Positions 26,901-33,920 of a DNA stretch of 64,000 bases are shown here, in pieces; the stretch's first letter is position 1; every line of letters begins with the position of its first letter. The notes under the pieces were generated by a model that was not told the origin of the DNA, searched no databases, and saw only the letters and a program-made list of their open reading frames with translations. A program made the position numbers and the translations under genes. Source of the stretch: a virus (taxonomy: Duplodnaviria; Caudoviricetes); the IMG/VR virus record IMGVR_UViG_3300025410_000009, one strand, 5' to 3'.

Positions 26901-27127
26901 AAACGGAAGTTTGGAGTACCAAAAGTGGTCACTAGATCACGTTGACTAGCAATGCCGTATACTTTACCAGCATTAGCTTTTGTAGTGCCGGGTGCAATTG
27001 CATTGTTATACATTTTGTTTTCTGAACTAGCAAACAAAATAAAGGGGATGGTGCCTACTGCTGTAGGTAGATAGGTGCTTTGGTCGATAATCGTTACGCT
27101 TGCGCCTGGAGATACTAATGCTGCCAT
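23921..27127 (-). CDS. gp18: Contractile tail sheath protein (gp18-like, enlarged to 1068 aa)
   Basis: N-terminal LVSPG..V.IID.S; C-terminal WFAPAGTRRG, INPI, YGQKT, RVNVARL, FEPND, DVAIEPVKSVEFIYIP. Confidence 0.93.
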   Translation of the reverse strand: MAALVSPGASVTIIDQSTYLPTAVGTIPFILFASSENKMYNNAIAPGTTKANAGKVYGIASQRDLVTTFGTPNFRLSSAGTPLNGNELNEYGLLAAYSALGLGNLAWVMRADIDLDQLVGTTVRPIGAPFDGTNWLDTAKTHWGLFEYDQNADTFVDMEPTVITSTADTVVENGIHFPKESFGTIGSYAVVVNDTNNYVFYKNSMNVWVQVGSADWQSSVPAATSGNTSVNIVSAADFAINGTTVSIPSGTNEISAIRDIINALSIPGVYADLDITGALILYATAAAESNGTDADGAIQLVDGANTPLTTALNLSPGMYYSPVIHYGTYAQVPAWHKLDAIPRPSGSIWVKTTASGNGANFVFNQYNAALGTWNTLAAPLYADGFAALNGLDSAGGGLNIQAGTIFVKYNTNNDGNLSFKFYSSTTGGVTAVKGSQAAGTFTPQDQFNMIVSVPGSSSPNTYTVTINGTTAAAFVSGVLAANIPNVTASTTAAGIITITHLAGGIITLENLMGGSGRNPVTTAGFVSGTVGVVPNIVPGAINLAHWSVASYTFSATAPYVAPADGTLWYYSDPTEIDIMVCDTDGWKGYKNVPRDSRGYNLQNTDPNGPIVTASQPITQSTGASLVAGDLWLDTGDLENWPSLYRYSSLGSWVKIDNTDTISQNGIVFADARWDNTGTTDPISGAYPSIAALQNSDYIDLDAPNYELYPRGTLLFNTRRSGYNIKRFVGNYFNARAYPNMSLPAVSATWVTESGLREDGTPYAGHHAQRALVVQALKAAIDSSLDIREDRYNFSLIVCPGYPELVANMIQLNNDRNDTGFIIGDTPMTLPANVTAITNYNATEAINHDPYVALYYPSAMTNDLSGHEVVVPPSHIALRTYLRSDSVSYPWFAPAGTRRGLVDNATSIGYVDANSGLFITTGISQQLRDALYPLNINPITLLTTTGLVVYGQKTRNPVTSSMDRVNVARLTNYLRVIFQATANGFLFEPNDKITRDQIKQAIESVCNDLIAKRGIYDYLVVCDDTNNTPDRIDRNELYVDVAIEPVKSVEFIYIPVRLRNTGSIAAGKA

Positions 27128-27226
27128 AGTTGTTTCCTTTTATAAGAACATTGTAGTTATTTATTATGCAACATGCAAAAGTAGGTCGTTGTTGGTCCTT
27201 TGCAACGAAATAGGATTAAATACGTT

Positions 27227-27577
27227 ATGGAAGCAAGAAAGATGTGCCCATGTGGTGCAAACCCAGTGGCAGTTAATTATATCAAACAAGGTCGCACACA
27301 CTATCGTACCCTGTGTACCCCGTGTATACATAAAGGACGAAAGAGTAAACCGCCAGCACCCAGCTGGTTTCGGTCAGGGTATAGAAAAAAACCACATTGT
27401 GAAAAATGTGGTTTTAAGGCCAAGTATCCCGAGGATCAACTTAGAGTGTTTTATCTAGATGGCAACTTGAAAAACAACACCAATGTCAATCTCAAAACAA
27501 TTTGTTTGAATTGCCAACCTGAGGTATATCGATCTAGGCTACCTTGGGCTGCTGCTGTAATTGTACCAGATTTTTAA
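27227..27577 (+). CDS. Zn-finger protein with a degenerate HNH motif
   Basis: CPC, CTPC, CEKC and CLNC plus VFYLDGNLKNNTNVNLKTICLNC. Start moved to the ATG at 27227. Confidence 0.6.
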   Translation: MEARKMCPCGANPVAVNYIKQGRTHYRTLCTPCIHKGRKSKPPAPSWFRSGYRKKPHCEKCGFKAKYPEDQLRVFYLDGNLKNNTNVNLKTICLNCQPEVYRSRLPWAAAVIVPDF

Positions 27578-28190
27578 TTTGATCGTGCAGTTCGTCAATG
27601 GTGCCATCATTGGTCAGTGTTGCATCAAACTCGGTACCAGCCCATGATGATTCACTGGAGTGAATGTTTAAACGTTCAATTTTGACCTTGCTCAAGGCCC
27701 ATGTGGTATTGCCAACTGGCCCACGATTTACACTGGCTGCAGCATCAAACCATTCAGGTTCGCTGCCACGACGTATACGAACCACAATGCCTCCGGCGGC
27801 ACGTATGGCTTTAATCTCGTTTGGAAACCTGCAATCACTGATGACAACGTCGGTACGGATCTTACGCAATTTGTTTTCTAGGCTAGCAATCCAGATGTCG
27901 TCGTGGAAGCCTTGACGGCAAACTTCTGTACCCCAATGTTGCAATACCCAGCGTGGAGTAAGCTGAGGCATGTCAAGGCGTTGGCTCCACCAAGGGTCCA
28001 CTTGTTCGCGCCAGGCACGTGCACCTGGGGTTAGACCTTCTAGGTGCTGGCGATCCCACCCAAATATCAATGCCACTGCATCTTTAAGACTTGATGCAAA
28101 ACTCTCTCGTTGAAATCCATACGAACTTACCAAGTAATCGGCTGCAGTATCCTTGCCTGAGCCAATAAAACCTGTGATGCCAATAATCAT
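27534..28190 (-). CDS. gp1: Deoxynucleoside monophosphate kinase (T4 gp1-like)
   Basis: MIIGITGFIGSGKDT P-loop, FASSLKD, TPRWVLQHWGTE, VISDCRFPNE. Confidence 0.88.
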   Translation of the reverse strand: MIIGITGFIGSGKDTAADYLVSSYGFQRESFASSLKDAVALIFGWDRQHLEGLTPGARAWREQVDPWWSQRLDMPQLTPRWVLQHWGTEVCRQGFHDDIWIASLENKLRKIRTDVVISDCRFPNEIKAIRAAGGIVVRIRRGSEPEWFDAAASVNRGPVGNTTWALSKVKIERLNIHSSESSWAGTEFDATLTNDGTIDELHDQIKNLVQLQQQPKVA

Positions 28191-28251
28191 GTGCTTGCCC
28201 CTTTGTAATATTTTACAACAATATTACAACTGTATCTAACAAAATGGTCAA

Positions 28252-29385
28252 TTAGCCTGTGATCCAAGTCAATGGTTGCGCCCCATCAACATAGTTCTTC
28301 AAGTCTTCCTCTAATTTTTCCATCTCGGCTTGTGCTTCTTGTTTTAAGGTTTCGCCGTTCAATGTGGTGCCACCTTGTGGACCAGCAATAGATCCGAACT
28401 TGCTACGAGCTTCACCCACAATGCGTTTGGCAAAACTGTAAGCATAGTCTTGCAACCAGGGGAAAGCCATGTAGTCGTTTAACAGCATAGAGTCCGGTTT
28501 CTGATTGTAGATCCACAGCAACACAGTTTCGCTGGGAACATCGGTCATGGGGTTCCAAACTTGTGTGCTACGCAGATCATGTGTTAACACTTGAGTGGCC
28601 TGTAGCGGTGTTACTGCTTTCACTGTTATGGTGGTGCCCAAGTAATCCACTGTATCAATTACATAATTGTTGTTATAGCCGCCCACATGACAGTTGGCAA
28701 TGGTGATAACATCACCAGGACTCACGGTCCACACTTGAGAAGTCACAATTGTAATGGTACTACCAGCAGTCAATCCCGATGAGTACAAGGCATTTAACGG
28801 TATGTAATTGTGATAGGCAGCCGGCATCTTTCTCACCAGAGTGATCTTTTTAGTCACTGGATTCCAAGTGTAGTTCATGAAGCCACCAAACATCTTCATG
28901 GCCAACTTTTGATAGTCAGCAAACAGTTCGTAGTTGGTCAAGCCACCTACACGTCCAGCAACCAGCATGTAGGTATTCAGATAGCCACTGGCAAATGGCT
29001 CAAATTGACTGGCAGTGGTACCAGTTATACTACCAATACCGCGTCTGAACACTTGACGCACTTGCATGATTTCTTGCGGCAGTATGTATTCTTGTACTTC
29101 GGGTAGTAGATCCAAAAAGGCATAGCTTTCTTCCACGCTGTTGGCGCTACGCTGACGATATTTGATCAAGGCCTGCTTTAGGGCCAGCTCGTAGTGTTCT
29201 TTGTCTAGTTCAACATCAACAATTTGATCACCTAGACGCAGCCTAATGTAGTCGTAAATTTCACTACGTTTGATGTTCAGTGCAACCAGCTGACTGTCAT
29301 CAAAAGCGATTCGGCCTGGACCACCAAGATTGTCAGTTTGTATACTTAATGTATTGGGCTTTAACCCAGGTTGTAGTGTTGCCAT
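28252..29385 (-). CDS. gp13: Neck protein (gp13-like head-tail connector)
   Basis: YIRLRLG..IVDVELD, YILP..I..V, and a C-terminal LNG..L..EA..E.EKLEEDL. Confidence 0.8.
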   Translation of the reverse strand: MATLQPGLKPNTLSIQTDNLGGPGRIAFDDSQLVALNIKRSEIYDYIRLRLGDQIVDVELDKEHYELALKQALIKYRQRSANSVEESYAFLDLLPEVQEYILPQEIMQVRQVFRRGIGSITGTTASQFEPFASGYLNTYMLVAGRVGGLTNYELFADYQKLAMKMFGGFMNYTWNPVTKKITLVRKMPAAYHNYIPLNALYSSGLTAGSTITIVTSQVWTVSPGDVITIANCHVGGYNNNYVIDTVDYLGTTITVKAVTPLQATQVLTHDLRSTQVWNPMTDVPSETVLLWIYNQKPDSMLLNDYMAFPWLQDYAYSFAKRIVGEARSKFGSIAGPQGGTTLNGETLKQEAQAEMEKLEEDLKNYVDGAQPLTWITG

Positions 29386-29392
29386 ATAAAAT

Positions 29393-29421
29393 CCCGTTTA
29401 AAGTATTTATCTTTAAACGGG
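29393..29421 (-). promoter_or_regulatory. 11-bp perfect hairpin whose 7-nt loop is the late promoter core ATAAATA
   Basis: CCCGTTTAAAG-ATAAATA-CTTTAAACGGG, immediately upstream of the neck gene. Confidence 0.65.
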
Positions 29422-29433
29422 GTGGCACACTTG

Positions 29434-30606
29434 TTACGCAGCCTTCAACAGCACACAGTCGGCATTGATACGACCGTTTAGCAAGATCTCGGTGGCTCGT
29501 ATGTCTCTAAGGAAGGTGCGTAGTGCCACCTTACCGGCTCGAGCAAACTCTGCCAACTGTTCAGCCGGCTTACGCAGAGTCTTGGCCACTGATTTCTGTT
29601 CATCAAAGTCGGCAATGCTGGCGCCTTTGACTGTCAGGGTCTTGTATGCACCTGCAATGTATCGTCCCAGTTTACGAGTCTTGGTGTTGTAGACCCATAG
29701 CTCGCTGGCACCCACAATGTCAGCAGGATTGATACTGACCAATTTGAGTTCTTTGTGCTCTTTGGCATACTTGAGTTTGGCGATCACTTTCTCTTTGCTG
29801 GGTGCCTTTTTAACACGAGCTTTTTTGGTGGCTTTCTTGACACCACGATACTGCTCGATGGCGGCCAGCAATTGATCAATAAACGCATAGATACGTCTAA
29901 AGTCTGTGGCCTTAAGGAATCGGTAACCTTCAACCAATTGTGCATCAGCCTTGGCCTGTGCTTGCTCAAGTTCGGATCGTACTCGAGTGTAAACAGCTTC
30001 ATATTTGCCCAACTGACTTTGCGGCACATTGTTTGAACTCAAGTAGTCGTAGGGTTTGAAGTCAACTCGATTGCCAGCTACAACTTCGTCGAAATGGCCT
30101 TCGATCTCACCAATTAACTCACTGGTGCGTTCGTTCAAACGATCTTGAATACTGGGACGATACACTTCGGGCACAGCAGTGGTAGTGGTCACTGTTTCCA
30201 CTTCAGGGGCTGTGGCCATGATTGCGGCTCGAATGTTCTCGTTCAAAAACTTCACATGTCGTTCTTTGAGCGGCATACCTGCACGATGAGCCATGATCAG
30301 ACTACATGCTGTCATCGAAATGCTCTTGTCTGCACTACGGTCAAAGGTCTTGACATCGTCTTTGGTGTATTCTTTTACAGTACGCATCCATTCAACCACG
30401 TACTTTTTGGTATCTTTTTGGCTGTAATAATAATTGTAGTAGTAGAAACTGCGGCGCAGGTGATGATCAAATTCGGTATCGGTCATGCTCAAGGCACGTT
30501 CAGTGTCCCATGCCGGTTCACCACCGGTGTATTTTTCATCAAAAAAGATAGGATTGCGGGTTTTTGCTTGTTTTGTTTTGATTTTAACGCCAGCTACTGT
30601 TGCCAT
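29434..30606 (-). CDS. Hypothetical protein, 390 aa, with a Lys-rich segment
   Basis: Intact ORF with a GGAG RBS and a consensus sigma70 promoter. Confidence 0.7.
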   Translation of the reverse strand: MATVAGVKIKTKQAKTRNPIFFDEKYTGGEPAWDTERALSMTDTEFDHHLRRSFYYYNYYYSQKDTKKYVVEWMRTVKEYTKDDVKTFDRSADKSISMTACSLIMAHRAGMPLKERHVKFLNENIRAAIMATAPEVETVTTTTAVPEVYRPSIQDRLNERTSELIGEIEGHFDEVVAGNRVDFKPYDYLSSNNVPQSQLGKYEAVYTRVRSELEQAQAKADAQLVEGYRFLKATDFRRIYAFIDQLLAAIEQYRGVKKATKKARVKKAPSKEKVIAKLKYAKEHKELKLVSINPADIVGASELWVYNTKTRKLGRYIAGAYKTLTVKGASIADFDEQKSVAKTLRKPAEQLAEFARAGKVALRTFLRDIRATEILLNGRINADCVLLKAA

Positions 30607-30637
30607 GAGTACTCCTAAATCTAGTCACTAAGCTCGT

Positions 30638-30666
30638 ATTATACACTAGTTTTCCCTGATTGTCAA
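30638..30666 (-). promoter_or_regulatory. Consensus sigma70 promoter TTGACA-N17-TATAAT
   Basis: Perfect hexamers with a 17-nt spacer. Confidence 0.85.
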
Positions 30667-30726
30667 GTGTTATTTAACAGGATGCACAGCCCGCATATGG
30701 CTAAATACTAAAAAGGATCCGTTTTT

Positions 30727-31926
30727 ATGCCACGTCTCAGTCTCTGGCGGGAAAATTTCTCGAATGATTACAAATACATTGATCGCAACATCAGCGAACA
30801 ATTCACTGTGGGCGGAACTGGCGTATTGGTACACAAATACCTTGGCACCAAAACTGATCCAACTTCTAACAATGCCGAAATTCCCAATTACCCAAGTCAA
30901 AGTGCACAGAACATACAAGACTTGCTGTTTTTGGAAAACCGAGATCGCAAATACGATACCAGTGTGTACAGCATGCGCGGTATCTATCAAGTCAGTGACA
31001 GCGACTTTGACCTGACTCAGTTTGGTTTGTTCTTACAAACTGGAACTGTGTTTATGACCTTCCATATCAACGACATGGTGGCCACCTTGGGACGCAGAAT
31101 AATGAGCGGCGACGTGTTGGAACTCATGCACCTTAAAGACTACGAAGCATTGAATGATTTGCCAGTGGCCTTGAAACGTTTCTTTATTGTGGGCGACTGC
31201 AGTAAAAGTAGTGAAGGTTTTAGCCCCACTTGGTGGCCGCATTTGTGGCGTTGCAAAATCAGTCCGTTGGTGGACAGCCAAGAGTACAAAGACATCTTGA
31301 ACTTGGTAGAAACCACAACCGATGCTGCCGGCAACACAGTGCCTGTTGGTTCTTTGAGCACCTTGTTAAGCACCTACAACAAATACAGCAACATCAATGA
31401 TGCTGTGATTGCACAGGCCGAAGCCGACTTGCCAATGAGCGGTTACGACACCACAGTGATTTATGTCAAACCACTGACACTGAACACCCAAGGCAACATA
31501 GGAGATCCATTGGGACTAAGCGCAGACAATATTTCTACCATAGATGCATCGCTCACAACCATCAGCAGCGACAAGAGCATAGTAAGCCCAGATCAAAAGG
31601 TAAAAGGTTATCTAGCCGGCGACGGACTAGCACCAAACGGATTGCCAGTGGCATCGGGTATCGCGTTCCCACCAAATCCCATTGCCGGCGACTACTGCCT
31701 GCGTGTGGACTATTTGCCAAATCGACTGTTCAGATATGACGGCAACAGATGGACCAAGGTTGAAGATGCGGTGCGTACCAACCTTACACCCGGTGCCAGC
31801 GATAATCAAACTCAACGCAGCAAGTTTGTCAACAACACACGAACTCACACCAACAGTGGTGGCAACCAAGTACCTAATTTGCAGGGTCTTAGTAACGCAC
31901 TCAAACCGCAAGCGGATAATCTATGA
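30727..31926 (+). CDS. gp14: Neck/head-closure protein (gp14-like)
   Basis: LLFLENRDRKYD, QFGLFL; preceded by GCTAAATA (30700-30707) and coupled to the gp15-like gene. Confidence 0.65.
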   Translation: MPRLSLWRENFSNDYKYIDRNISEQFTVGGTGVLVHKYLGTKTDPTSNNAEIPNYPSQSAQNIQDLLFLENRDRKYDTSVYSMRGIYQVSDSDFDLTQFGLFLQTGTVFMTFHINDMVATLGRRIMSGDVLELMHLKDYEALNDLPVALKRFFIVGDCSKSSEGFSPTWWPHLWRCKISPLVDSQEYKDILNLVETTTDAAGNTVPVGSLSTLLSTYNKYSNINDAVIAQAEADLPMSGYDTTVIYVKPLTLNTQGNIGDPLGLSADNISTIDASLTTISSDKSIVSPDQKVKGYLAGDGLAPNGLPVASGIAFPPNPIAGDYCLRVDYLPNRLFRYDGNRWTKVEDAVRTNLTPGASDNQTQRSKFVNNTRTHTNSGGNQVPNLQGLSNALKPQADNL

Positions 31927-33314
31927 CCACAGCCTATACCACTTTTTTCTACGATAGACAAATACGTAGATTCTTACAACAATTCATTCGAATGATCAGC
32001 AACTTTCAAGTCGAAATGGGCAGTGATGCCGCTGGCAATCGAGTGCTACAGCGTGTGCCTGTGTTCTACGCCGATGCCAGTCGCCAGGCCAGCCAAATCT
32101 TGCGCGGCAACAGCGAGAATACCATCAAGAGTGTGCCGGCCATGGCTGTGCACATTGCTCAGATAGTGTATGATCGCGAACGAGTTCAAGACCCTACATT
32201 TGTCAGTACACTGAATGTTAGAACCAGAGAGTATGATCCTGCCACTGGTCAGTACACCAATCGACAGGGCGGTGCTTACACAGTCGAACGTTTAATGCCA
32301 GTGCCGTATAAATTGACTTTGAAAGTGGATGTGTGGACCAGCAACACCGAGCAAAAACTCATGTTGTTGGAACAGCTGATGATTTTGTTTAATCCAGCAC
32401 TGGAAATACAGAGCACCGACAACTATGTGGACTGGACCAGTTTGAGCTATGTGTTGTTGACCGACATCAGCTGGACCAATCGCAGTATTCCAGCCAGTAC
32501 CGAAGAAACCATTGACATTGCATCCTTGACCTTTGAGTTGCCAATTTGGGTCAGTGCTCCAGCCAATGTCAAACAGCTGGGTGTGGTACAAAAAATTGTC
32601 AGTACAGTATTTGATGCCAACGGTGCCCTGTTACCCGAATCATTCAACGACGATGGTAGCCCAGCATCAACATCTACACAGATGACCAATGCAGCTTACA
32701 CTTTCTTGAATTATAATGTATACTATCAAGGTAACACCTTGCAACTGATGAAAACCACAGCCGCTATAGAATTATCGCAATCACACCACCAGTGGGCACC
32801 CTTGGTTGATCAGTACGGTAAACTAAAAAATGGCATAAGTCAAATTAGACTCATGCAGGCCAATGGATCTGAAGTGTTGGGCACAGTGGCCTATCACCCC
32901 ACTGATGGCTCGTTGTTGCTGTTTACACCCTACAACGACACGCTGCCAGTAAATACTCTGGATCCAGTCAATGCCATCATTAACCCACAAAATGTCGACA
33001 TTACCAGCACTGGTCTATTGAATCCTGCAGTTAGAACAAGATACTTAATCTTGCACGGCATTGGGTCAGTGTACAATACCGATGCTGCAGCCATATGGAA
33101 CAATCACGGATATCCTCAGCTGATAGCCAACGCCAACGACATCATTGAGTACACTGGCACACACTGGATCGTGATATTCAACAGCCAAGACATCAAAGAT
33201 GTGCACTATGTTACAAATCTAAAAACTGGTACTCAGTATCGTTGGCAAGATGGCGGCTGGGCCAAGAGTGTTGAAGGCGAATACAGCGCCGGCAATTGGA
33301 GTTTTATTCTGTGA
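31923..33314 (+). CDS. gp15: Tail terminator / sheath stabiliser (gp15-like) with a C-terminal extension
   Basis: FFYDRQIRR...F.RM.SNF, VPVFYA, MPVPYKL, QLLEQ-like LEQL..LFNP. Confidence 0.75.
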   Translation: MTTAYTTFFYDRQIRRFLQQFIRMISNFQVEMGSDAAGNRVLQRVPVFYADASRQASQILRGNSENTIKSVPAMAVHIAQIVYDRERVQDPTFVSTLNVRTREYDPATGQYTNRQGGAYTVERLMPVPYKLTLKVDVWTSNTEQKLMLLEQLMILFNPALEIQSTDNYVDWTSLSYVLLTDISWTNRSIPASTEETIDIASLTFELPIWVSAPANVKQLGVVQKIVSTVFDANGALLPESFNDDGSPASTSTQMTNAAYTFLNYNVYYQGNTLQLMKTTAAIELSQSHHQWAPLVDQYGKLKNGISQIRLMQANGSEVLGTVAYHPTDGSLLLFTPYNDTLPVNTLDPVNAIINPQNVDITSTGLLNPAVRTRYLILHGIGSVYNTDAAAIWNNHGYPQLIANANDIIEYTGTHWIVIFNSQDIKDVHYVTNLKTGTQYRWQDGGWAKSVEGEYSAGNWSFIL

Positions 33315-33733
33315 TCGAGAGTACTGGTGCACTGATTTACTGTACTCAGACCAATAGATATTTGTTTTTACTACGCAACGGTAGCAAGTATCAAGGTACT
33401 TGGGGATTGCCGGGCGGCAAACTAGAAGCCAATGAGTTGGTCAGTGTGGGGCTAGCTAGAGAAATTGAAGAAGAACTTGGCGGGGTCATTCCCGGCTGCA
33501 AGTTGATACCGATTGAAACATTTACCAGTGACAATGGCAAGTTTGCTTATCACACATTCTTAATTCCAGTTGAACAAGAATTTGTACCCTTTTTGAATCA
33601 CGAGCATAGAGGCTATGCGTGGGTACGATTAGAAGATTATCCCAAACCGTTACATCCGGGAGTTTGGCGCACCATTAACTTTGACATAGTGTCAGCCAAG
33701 ATACGCACCGTGGTGGCCGCAATCAAGGCGTAA
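33311..33733 (+). CDS. Nudix hydrolase
   Basis: Nudix box GGKLEANELVSVGLAREIEEELG; probable GTG start at 33311. Confidence 0.88.
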   Translation: MIESTGALIYCTQTNRYLFLLRNGSKYQGTWGLPGGKLEANELVSVGLAREIEEELGGVIPGCKLIPIETFTSDNGKFAYHTFLIPVEQEFVPFLNHEHRGYAWVRLEDYPKPLHPGVWRTINFDIVSAKIRTVVAAIKA

Positions 33734-33920
33734 AGAAATCAGGAAATTGGGCAATGGCCCAGGCCAGTGCGTCAGTTTCATCATCAAATTTGCCACCATG
33801 ATCGCTGTGGTGTGGTTGTCGTACCACTTCCACACCACGTTCCAGTATGGTCAAACCAGTTTTGTCATCGTATGTATAGGTGTATTGTTCTTTAAGGCGC
33901 ATACAATATTTATCACTCAA
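33723..33920 (-). CDS. Small protein, paralog of 42626-42853
   Basis: VVRQPHH...DDETDALAWA motif. Confidence 0.6.
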   Translation of the reverse strand: MSDKYCMRLKEQYTYTYDDKTGLTILERGVEVVRQPHHSDHGGKFDDETDALAWAIAQFPDFFTP

